From positions 7,874,001 to 7,938,000 of the forward strand of contig NC_088855.1 of the NCBI RefSeq assembly GCF_963853765.1: a stretch of DNA of 64,000 nt, in the 5' to 3' direction. Below, one piece after another: positions 14,088 to 25,022 of this stretch (positions are counted from its first letter, which is position 1; every line of letters begins with the position of its first letter). Origin of the DNA: Magallana gigas. Its lineage: Eukaryota. The position numbers and the translations under genes are program-made. The notes under the pieces are model-generated. The model was not told the DNA's origin. It did no database searches and saw nothing but the letters and a program-made list of their open reading frames with translations.

Positions 14088-15054
14088 CGAGCTTGAGCTG
14101 TCTCATAGATTTGTTAAGCTATAATCTATTTTTTAGTAAGGAAACTTCAATAATTACATGTATACTAGTATTTTACCTTTTAAAATTGGTTATTTTCTAT
14201 AACTTAATATAGAGCTCTTCTTTTCAAGGAGATCAATACATGCTAAAAAAGGCCACGACAATCAAGTCCTCTTAAGTAATTGAGACAGTCATAAGATGGG
14301 GAATTCATTGAGGGGACGATTCAACATGGACCCTTGTCCAGTGTGAGAAAAAGAACATGATTTTATAGCATACTGGGCATTAAAACCTTTATTTCTTTAT
14401 TTATTTATTCATTTATTTATTAACACAAATATATGTAATTGTTTGACATAGGACATTTGAAAGAAACTGAAAACCATATAAAACTTAATAAAAACATTTG
14501 CCGGATACTTGTTGATAGACATTATAGTTCACTTAAGACTGATATTTATGGAGGCTGGGTGCTCAACAAACTCATCATATCTAACTTAAAATTTATTTGA
14601 TAATTTTTTTTAGCCATGCATCAACAATATTATTAGTAAAGAGAGAATCCACATATTTTAAGTTTAGAATTGAATAATAAAAGAAGTAATTAATGTAGTC
14701 TAAAAATCGCTACGACCATCCAGCCGACATGAACATGGAAATGTACACACACGTGCACAAATGTAAGATTTCTAACTTCATATGACTTGATATTCATTTT
14801 TTAAAGCAATTTGATAGCAAAGACGCAATGATTAGAAAACGACGTTATAGTACGGTATGGTAAAGAAATTAAAAGATAATGCTTCGTGAATACTCTGGTT
14901 ACGACAACGGTGGCTTAAATGGGGGTAAGGATATCGCAACGACTTTTTTTTTTTATTCAAACGCACTCCTTGTTTTTGACCTTCAGGCAATGACAAGGGA
15001 AACAACACGCACAGCAATCTAAACAAACATACGATACTTATACATTCTTATTAT

Positions 15055-15425
15055 ATAAATAGTGCCTGTTTGGGAGGGTAACAGTTGAAATTGACACCCC
15101 GAGAAAACCATTGTCAACCGACGCGAAGCGGAGGTTGACAATGGTTTTCGAGGGGTGTCAATTTCAACTGTTATCCTCCCAAACAGGCACTATTTATTTT
15201 GTTATACTGAATGTCTTTTTTAAAATTTTTAAGAAAATTTTACTGCTTTTATATAGGAATAACGTGAATTCTACAGCGAACCGTACGCGCATAATTTTCG
15301 CGCATGTAACATTTTTTAATGTTACCCGTTGCCAAGTGCGTTGCTAACGCTGAGGGTAATAGTAAATATTATTAACTGCGTCTTAACCAATCAGATTTCA
15401 GTATTTAACATGAAAGTATAACAAT
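15055..15425. mobile_element. Hairpin-plus-tail interspersed element; a partial second copy lies at about 38695-38950
   Basis: About 144-bp palindrome (15055-15198) with a GCGAAGC centre, then a non-palindromic tail ending AACCAATCAGATTTCAGT. The right arm and tail recur in the intron of peptide gene B. Confidence 0.8.
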
Positions 15426-15649
15426 AATTTAATTTGAACAGACGTTGAGTCGTTTTGATTTTGTAAAAAAATTATCATCGTAATATTTATAGATGAAGGG
15501 TAATAGGTTGTGTAATCGCTTTGATTGCACTGGGGTACTTAAACAATACATTCATTCATTCTTTATTTCTTTAAGCTTTGCGGCTCATCAGATTATACAA
15601 ATTATACATTGTAAAGAACAGAAGTGGGTGTTTTACAGGAGACCTAGTG

Positions 15650-15792
15650 CATGCGCGGATCTAGAGGGGGGGGGGGTCGGGGGGGGGGGGGGTCCCGACC
15701 CCCCCTGGAAAATGAAAATTTATTAAATTTACATAGTAAAATTATCGCGAAATTATGCCTCGGACCCCCCCTGGCAAACACAATTATCCTTC

Positions 15793-15826
<34 letters not shown>

Positions 15827-15829
15827 ATG
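15650..15829. mobile_element. 180-bp MITE with CATGCGCGGATC TIRs and a 5-bp target duplication
   Basis: TAGTG|CATGCGCGGATC ... GATCCGCGCATG|TAGTG, with internal G/C tracts and GGACCCCCCCTGG subrepeats. Confidence 0.85.
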
Positions 15830-16526
15830 TAGTGCATACATAAATATGAAATATGACATAAGTAAAGGGGAAAAAATCAAAAGAACAACATTTAAAGTTA
15901 ATTACAAACATCAGTTCTTAATTTCATGCTACACAAAATATATTTGCCGAGGATACGCATATCTTTAAAATTTTCGTTATTAAACAATTGCAACAGTTTG
16001 AACATCGATGGTTTCTCATAAAAAAATACCTTTTTAATATATTTTTACGGTATTTAATATATACTGGACATACTTCAATAAAATAGAATTCATCTTCAAC
16101 ATACTTTTTACATGAAAAGCAGTTCCTTTGGGCTCTTTGTGAATTATTGTACCTTCGAGTTTCGATGGCTAAACAAGAAGACAATCCAATTTCGATATAA
16201 CTGTTGAAATTTTACAGGAACTGACTTTCTAAGGCACATTGGAGATAAAATCCATCAACTAAAATATATTCATTGGTTGTTTACCGGGTATGAAGGAAGT
16301 CAGCATTGAAGCATTGAATAAAAAATACGAACATAACCCGCGTCAGTGATTTCTTCTGTTCATCTTATATTCATTTTACATGAGAACTCTCAAAGAAGGC
16401 AAAGTATTGTTTACAAAAATTAATTTAATACCTGTCCATTTTGGGTTTTTTAAAATCAGTATTTTAAGTGAAAAAAAACCCGAGCAATTTTTCCATATAT
16501 CGACTATTTAGAAATCCGACATCAGC

Positions 16527-16622
16527 CCGTGCAGGCTGTGCTCCGTGCAGTCTGTGCTCCGTGCAGGCTGTGCTCCGTGCAGTCTGTGCTCAGTGCAGTC
16601 TGTGCACCTTGAAGTCTGTGCT
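16527..16622. repeat. 6 x 16-bp tandem repeat (CCGTGCAGKCTGTGCT)
   Basis: Six consecutive units, the last two diverged. Confidence 0.9.
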
Positions 16623-16971
16623 GTTAATCGAATGTTCACGAGTTTCGATCAGTCTCGAAAATACTACGAGTACAATCGAATTTCTTTATATACAATGGAG
16701 AAAATACCCAATGTCGATTCAATTTGTACCAATTCAGTTAGACTTTTAACTCAATTTTGAACATATTCAGTACATTTCAGTCTTTACTTACAGTGTGGCA
16801 AATGAGTAATACTCAAAGCGTCGACAGTAGAAGTTAAAGCCGTGGTTTTTTCGGTTAAAAATAAGACGTTGCCTTAAAATATGTAAAATATGACATGTAC
16901 ATTATCTACTGAATTGTACAACTAATGTAAATTAGTTGATTTTTGTTATCATCTGAAATTCAGTTGTTCTT

Positions 16972-17091
16972 AGCTGCAATAATCTAGCCCTCTCCCATTT
17001 TTGGGGGGGGGGGGGGGGGGGGGGGGTGGGGGTAAACATCTTCAGTAAACATGAAATTAAAAAAATCGGAGAGGGCTACATTATTGCACCT
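16972..17091. mobile_element. 120-bp MITE with a 10-bp target duplication (MuDR-like by TSD length)
   Basis: AGTTGTTCTT|AGCTGCAATAATCTAGCCCTCTCC ... GGAGAGGGCTACATTATTGCACCT|AGTTGTTCTT. Confidence 0.8.
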
Positions 17092-20000
17092 AGTTGTTCT
17101 TGACCCTTTTAATTTTTTTTTACTTCAATGTTCCTTATTTAGCTTTGTCCTTCTTTATAATGACCATCGGGATTTTAATTTGCAAAAACAAAACGTTTTA
17201 GTGGATTGTCTCCACTAAAAAATAGGTAAAAAAGGACAAAAAATTGCGTAATGTGGGACGCAAGTTCTTGTTAAAAATGTACGAAGAGCACTAACCAAAT
17301 TATTATGTAGCTTTAAAAAGGTTCGCCCCACTAACCGCATCCCTAACTCGACTGGAAGCTGAGATATGAAGGACATCGGAAATTGCTGCTGATAATAACC
17401 ATACTCAGTCTGAGGAAATATTGTCCATATACACGGCGTTTTTTTCTATCTTCCCTCAGACACTTATTATCATTATCACAAATAGTTCAAGCATACAGAA
17501 ATTAAATCATAGTTCTAAGTATTGTTCCCCCCCCCTCCTCGGGGGGGGGGGGGGGGGTAAGGGGTTGAAAATACACCCCAGGGGGTGTTAAAAATACAGT
17601 ACATTGGGACGACCGAACATAACCATTTCTTTTGGACTCTTTCGGACCCTCCCTTAGAAGAGGTATTATGCAGGAAAGACAACCCTCGCTTAAAATAAAA
17701 TAACTGTAGTTCGTTAAATAACAGTTATTCCTCCAATTCTCTACCTCTCAGAATGTTTACACATCGTATCATCTTAGGAGGGTTAAACATGCATCAGTTA
17801 TTCGGCTGTATATAAGAAGAAAAAAAATCGAATTATCGTTATACTGTAGATTAATACTACATGTATAATCACTTTAAAAAGGTGAAAAAAGGCAACTAAT
17901 ACGATTTTCTACATCAATAACTCACACGAAATTAATTTGAATTGCAACATGAAGCGTGTTTCATTCCGTTATAACGCTTTCTTTCCAGCATTGGTGAGCT
18001 TAACAACACTTGATGCGCTATCACCGCTGATAAAGCCAAACTCCGAGTCAAAATACTAATATAACGACACATCGATCGGCGAAAAAATCCCACAAAAACA
18101 AAGTATTTCATCACAGGACTAATATAATGTAATTCAGTAACGGCCCTGAACTCCAGTCAACCCCTGTAATTGTTTTTTAAGTCACAGTAAACAATAACAT
18201 CTATGATCATGGCAGTAGCATATTCAGGAATTGCATTTTAACTTCTAAAAATTATTTTAAAAAAAATAATATTAACAAAAACGCATGACAAATTATCGAT
18301 CTATTTCGAGTCTTTTTAATCGCAGGGGAAAAAGCGGTTCAAATATGATTTTGTAACACGACCTTGAGACCTGTTGCATTAAAAATCCGAGGACGAAATC
18401 GAAAGGTTTTTATTATAGGTATAGTTCAAATTCCAACTGATATAATCCAAGGCCTTGCTTAGTTAAATACCTCCCATGTTGACTACGGTTGATAAAGAGA
18501 CAACCAGTTGTCAGTGCCTGCAGTGTGCTTGCTCCCACAACATATCAACAGCACCACTGCGCCATGGCGACAACCCACCGGTCAGGGCCGCGAGATCCGA
18601 GGAGCTGGGACAGGATAATCCCGATAGTCCCATGTTTGTCAATCAGCATCTACCTGTCTGATAATCCAATCAAGTCTATATCAACAGGATTTTATCCGTG
18701 TGTTGCTATCCCCTCCTTTCCCAGACATAACAAAAAGACCGTAATCAATAATCAATAACTGATATGCATGCATGTCAGCAGTAGGAATCAATTTTTAAAG
18801 AATCCAGGTAGTACCATGGTATCAAAATCTGATAATCCAAATCTGTCAATCGAAGATCTGTCGAGGCAAAGATTGATCGCGAAACACAAACTATAACAAA
18901 TGTAAATTATTTAGTATTTATTGAAGCCTCTCAACCATAAGGCGTGACAATATATAAATAATATTGACAACAAAAAGAAAGCAAGTAACAAACATAGCAC
19001 TATATGAAAATCTCCAAACACAGTCGATTACAGGATTTGGATGGTCAAGCATACACTTATACATGTACATAGGTGATACACGACCAGTCAGAAATACAGG
19101 GCTCCCATTCAATCCATAAGTGGTGAATTCATTGTGTGATGAAAATGTTTCACTTCCGGGTTACAGATTCAAATGGTCAGTTGTTTTTTTGACTGCTTAA
19201 CAGTGTCAGAGGAAATCAAACAACACTGTGTTATATTTATCATATAATGGTACTTTGTGGATTAATTAATCCAATTCCAACAAAATAAATATTTGAAAAA
19301 AACTATTTCAATACAATGGCAATTTCATGGGGGTGAAAAAAATATGTGTTAAAAAATGATTTTTAACAATTTGAAAGACATTGGATAAGTTTTATATGAA
19401 ATATCCCCTACAATTTACACATGTTATGAGATGAATTGATAAAGGTAAGTGCATTGACAAGTGTTCCACACATACATACATACACACATGTATTTACAAC
19501 AGGTACTGACACCCAGGTATTCTACAAATCTATCAAAATATGTTAGCAAAGAAATGTAACAACAAAATGACTCAACCTCCATATTCTAATCACTAATTCA
19601 AATGTATTGTGTCAAAAAAAGCAAACCAAATTGAAAGATACAGATAACACACCTGAAAGACAGAAACCACGTTTACAAAATACATAGCAAATTAGGAGTT
19701 ATCTCTCTTGATTTGAAAGTGCTCGTACAAGCAACACGTACATGAAATCATTTTTAAAGTATCCTCTTGATAGTTCATACAAAAGAGGGTCAAAGGCAAG
19801 GAATCAAACTATGAACACAGCAAAACCTGGTAAAATTTCTGAAAATATTGATGGGTTTAGATATGAAGTGCTTAAAAACTGCATTACAGGGAATTGTCAT
19901 TTAACATTACATGCCCTGTTCAATGTAACAGCCGATAAAGACTCATTCATTCTGGTGTTTTTCTCAACCTCCAAAAACTTTTTCAGTGGTTTGTTATTTT

Positions 20001-20563
20001 TCTCCTTTTTTCATAGTTATGTATTACCTGAGATAAGCTTATCTTGTGCTTCTACCAAAACACATACTCAGTGTACAAAATCTTATAGAATTAAGTTTGT
20101 CCATCCACAAACTGAGAAGTGTGCTGCATCACACTCTGACAGACATATTTACTTATATAATCGGAGGCATTGACAGATATATCACAGATGTGTTCTGTCT
20201 GGATTGAATGCCAAGGCCTTGTTCTTTAAATGGAAAGTTTAGCCTCTCTTCATCAAGACTGAGTGTGTGTGTGTGTGTGTGTGGCTTAGAATTCCATTCA
20301 GATCAAGCTTCCGATGAATTCTGATGAGTTGGTCCATAGAGAGACTTTTCCTGAGAGAAATGAATGAGAGAGACATGAACACTGTTCTACAGCCTACCCA
20401 AACACACAGAGAGAGAAGCCCAAGTCTACAGCAATGGCACAGCTTCCCTGGCCCTAAGTCAACCTTGCCCTCATCATCATAAGGGAGAACACATCACATT
20501 CTGCAGTGGTCAGTAAAAAACGGTCAAAATCCAAGAGCATTGTCTGTTTGTTTGTCATCCTAG

Positions 20564-23500
20564 TCAGGCCCAGCCATTGTCCTTGATCATGTGAGCAAGT
20601 TCAATGATGAATTTTCCTTCCTTGTATTTTTGACTAGATTCAAAAGCGTGCTCCTGAAAGTTGAAAAGAAAATGTTGAAATAAATTTCCTTCTTTAACTT
20701 TGCAACATTGCACACAGTTGTACATATTTTGCATGTGCAGAAAAATTAAATGACTGGATAGATTATTGGTTCACTTTTGGCAGGTATAAAACAGTTAGAA
20801 TACAATGATGGCTCTATAGGTATACATCTCATTTATTTGTTTACAACATGCTGGCTTTGTTTTGAACCATTTGTACAATGTAACAAGCTCTTACATATTT
20901 CCATCCTAGTGTTGTTTTACAGCATTCACAGAATATGTCAGCCACAGCATGGAGTCCCGTTAATAAAACCCTCTCTTCTGCCGGGCCACAACCAACATTA
21001 ACCCTGAAAAAAAAATCATTTCCCCAATTAACACACAAATATTATCTACACTGTAAACATTGCTAGAGTTCACCTCAGCCATTATCTTCAGCTTCTGTAC
21101 TCTAAGTAATATCTATCATCATAATATTCTCTGATTCTAGTACATTCTCTGAGAGTTTTTGCAATTTTCTGTAGTTCTTTAGATGCAGTAACTTGATGAT
21201 AAGAATTCATATCTTCCCAACAAACCCAAAACTACATTCTGGCACATCATTTGCTATCGCTAAGATTAATTTAGATTTGTCATTTTGAGAGCAAACACCT
21301 GAACAGAATAGGTATCAATGCCTTCTGATGGATTGAACCTCATCTAGGTTTGACCCCTGACCTACATCTGTCAATCACATGTTGATGTGTGGGAGATCTG
21401 GGACAGTCCTGTAATTAGAGGCACCAGGGATCATCAGGCTAATGGGTCGATCCAATCAATGCCCCCAAGGTCATCATTATTCTACATATATGTCCTATTC
21501 TACTCTGAAATAAGCCCATCATTCTATTTCTAGTCTAGCATTAACATGAAGAGAAAAATCAGAGGGAAAAACAATTTTTTGTGCAGGAATATTTTTTGAC
21601 AGCAGATGCATACATCTATATCCTTTTTAAGGTTGAGTCATCAATATGCATATAGTTTCCTAACTGGATAGTCATCAAAAGCAAAACTTAATGTCTGAAG
21701 CAGTGAAACTTGGTTGCGTCTGAATATAAAATAAGGAGGATGCCTACATCTTGTTCAACGCAAACGATTCCTAAGGGACCTGATGTTTTTATAAGTGTTA
21801 TATTGATTTTCACTCAATGCCAGGACCAATTTTCTGCTTCCATGTTAGTCACCACAAACTTGTTTTTAAGCCTGCCTGCCCTGTCAACTTTCAATCATAA
21901 CCCAGTTATTCCTGGGTTATATAATTTCCTGTCTCGCTTTAAGAGACAAGGGGAGATAATTTGCTGTCAGTATACCACACTGACTTAAACAGATAAGACA
22001 AGGGGAGATAATTTGCTGTCAGGATACTTACACTGAGTTTAACAGACAAGGGGAGATAATTTGCTGTCAGGATACTCACATTGAGTTAAACAGACAAGGG
22101 GAGGTAATTTTGATGTCAGGATACTCACACTGAATTAGGGGAGATAATTTGCTGTCAGGATACTCACATTGAGTTAAGGGAGATATTAAGCTATCAGGAT
22201 ACTTACACCGAGTTAAATAGATAAGCTCTTCCTTGACTTCCCTGGAAAGACTGAAAGATAAAAGAAATAAGGGTAAATTTCTATGTCAGTACAAGTACTG
22301 CATGATTACAAGATGTTAGCTAAGGACTGAATTCTAATTAAAAGATTCATATATATACATATAAAGTTTAGATGGTAATTCTTTGGATTCAAATTGCATA
22401 AAGGGTAATTCAAAACATTAAGAAATTTGAGAAATTCAGGACATCTGTTGGAAAAAGAAAATGTCGATTTGATTAAATATGAATTGGTTGGGTTGATATT
22501 CTAATTTATTGAAAGATTCTTAATGAGTGATTTAAATTACATTTATTTAATTCTAATGCATTGCTCTTTTTAATTACAAATAGAAAACTAAATGATTTTG
22601 AATATATTAACAAGGAAAAATCTTCATATTGCATATATTTTATGCCTTAAATAGATTATGTGATCCTTATCATAGAAACCTTTATATTTTTTCAATCCCT
22701 TATATAATGTGATCATTATCATCAAAGAACAAGAATCTATTAAGATAAATTTCATCATGCTACAACCCAGCGGGATAACTATCTCACTGTTGACAAAAAG
22801 GACCATAAGGACTATAAATATCACCTTAACATTAAGCTTGCATGACTTCTGGCTTTGCTCTTTATGTTGTGAGGACCTAACAGCAAACTTATAGGGCAGC
22901 ATAAATTTTGTAGTATCTTTATACTTGTATCCTGTAATAAGATAAGTTTGATATTCCTATCTCATATAGCATTGGGTCTGACCGATTTTGACCCCGAGGT
23001 TGTGTTGATGTTACTTATATTTCAGATAAAACAAAGCAATGATGGTCATATACTGGTCTTGTTTATATGGCCTTGTTTAAACTGTGGGTATAACCCTGGT
23101 GACTTTGAGGGGTGGGTAAGGTTGCATGACTAAAGCTGGGATCCCCAGGTTCAGCTAGGTCATGTTTTGACTTGTATAATATTACGCCTGACTCAAACTG
23201 AAACCAACACTGGTGAACTTGTTGTGTACAATTTTAAAGATTGTAAAAAATACATTATACATGTAGTAGAATAAAATTAGTAAACATAAAAATGATTTAT
23301 ATGATAATCAAAAATCCAAATTTTTATTCAAGTTGAAATACTGATCTACATCCATAAACAAAACAATCATTACCCATTTAGTGATAAATTATATTAAAGG
23401 TCTTTATATGATTTAAAGCATACTGACATCAGGTAGAAACATGCTGGGCTGGAATCTGACTCATTTCTATTTAACATGTATTATTTTCACTTGACTAAAT

Positions 23501-25022
23501 TCTAACAAGGATTTCATATCCTTTTTGCGGTAGTTTTATCATTTAAGCCACATATACATGTATACTCATGTACATGTTAACCAAACCTTCTTATGCCCAA
23601 ATTCAGCGGTAAAACAAATCACAAAATAAATACGATGACACAATCTATTGGTATCCCACAATTTATGATGCTACTTATCTATATGAAAAATAAATTGCAG
23701 GTAAGCTCGTCAGTGATGAAAGGTAGTGCATTTATTACACAACAACATACGTCTGCTAAAGTCACGTTGTTCACCTGTCTCTGAGCTATTATCACCGAGT
23801 CCCTTGCCAATTAACTGTATCAAAATACATCTGTCCATACTTATATTGATAGGAAGGACTATCAGTCTTAATGACCAAGGCTCGTAATGACCGTCATTGC
23901 TGAGTACAACAAGGTCCTACAATCATATTGATTTTGGCATAAAAGGGAAATATGATATACATGTAACAGTAGTCCTATAGTTAATAGCTGAGGGGATCAC
24001 TTCTACTTTGATAAATGTATAATTATTAAAACTTTGCTATTTTTTACAAGTCCTGTGTACTAGTTATATGTAAATACAGCTATTTTGTTTTACGTGAGCT
24101 AGTCTCCAATGACTAACAGTCGGATACCGTGATAAATTCCGTCCCCAGGATTTGGTGACTAGGAAACAAGTGCCCGAGTTATCATAAATAGCTCTCTGTT
24201 AAACCAGGAAACACCACTTATGTATATATTTCCTTTCCTTACCGCATATCGCTATCACTTAATCCTACTGTTAACAAACTTTCACTACTACACAGAAAAC
24301 TTAAGATTTCGTGACATAATTCCACACAGTACTACAGTGGCAACTCTTGTTTAATTGGGACAGGACCTAAGTAGCAGTAAGTGGCAGTGACAAACACTTG
24401 CTACTTTTGAATGTCACATATACATGTATTTCTGAAGAACACACTGGATATAATTCTGGCTTTTAAAAATGAATTAATTTTTCCTGCATGTCTAACTTCA
24501 TTTACAATGAAATTTAACGGTGCAATTTTTTTTACAAATACCTCAACTCATCTTTCTTTTTTTACTTTTTGGTGCAGGATACGGTAAAACATGCTTATCA
24601 TGCTCATAGCAAAGTGTCTGATAAACAATGTAGCATAAACTGTTATATCTGATAAACATATAATACATTATAAAGACTTAGGGGAATGAAAATGAGTTAG
24701 CTGTAAGCTTGAATTCATTATAAGTATGTATGCTGTAACCAAGCTTTATTGTAAACTACAGGCTCTGCTGATAGCTTACCTTTGTGATAAGTTCGTCGTG
24801 ATTGGCCAGGTGAGCCCGGCAGTGAACACAACTATATTTATAGCTTACCTTTGAGATAAGTTCGTCGTGATTGGCCAGGTGAGCCCGGCAGTGAACACAA
24901 CTATATTTATAGCTTACCTTTGAGATAAGTTCGTCGTGATTGGCCAGGTGAGCCCGGCAGTGAACACAACTATATTTTCGGTGGCACTCGTTTGGCAAAT
25001 ACGCTTGAAAGGTTTTCACCAT
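20564..25022 (-). CDS. YPEL: Yippee-like protein (YPEL1/2/3 type), complement(join(25022..24918,22250..22207,21003..20895,20653..20564)), 115 aa
   Basis: Exons of 105, 44, 109 and 90 nt with GT/AG boundaries translate to [115 protein letters not shown], the recognisable YPEL sequence with two CxxC zinc motifs. Confidence 0.95.
21942..22222 (-). repeat. Degenerate 39-53-bp tandem repeat spanning the 3' end and splice donor of YPEL coding exon 2
   Basis: Minus-strand units of the form (TT)TAACTCAGT|GTRAGTATCCTGACAGCAAATTATCTCCCC. Donor G positions are 22206, 22167, 22128, 22079, 22031 and a degenerate copy at 21978. Confidence 0.9.
24771..24977 (-). repeat. 3 x 69-bp near-perfect tandem repeat spanning the 3' end and splice donor of YPEL coding exon 1
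   Basis: Units 24771-24839, 24840-24908 and 24909-24977, with one substitution. Each carries AAAG|GTAAGC on the minus strand. Confidence 0.95.
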
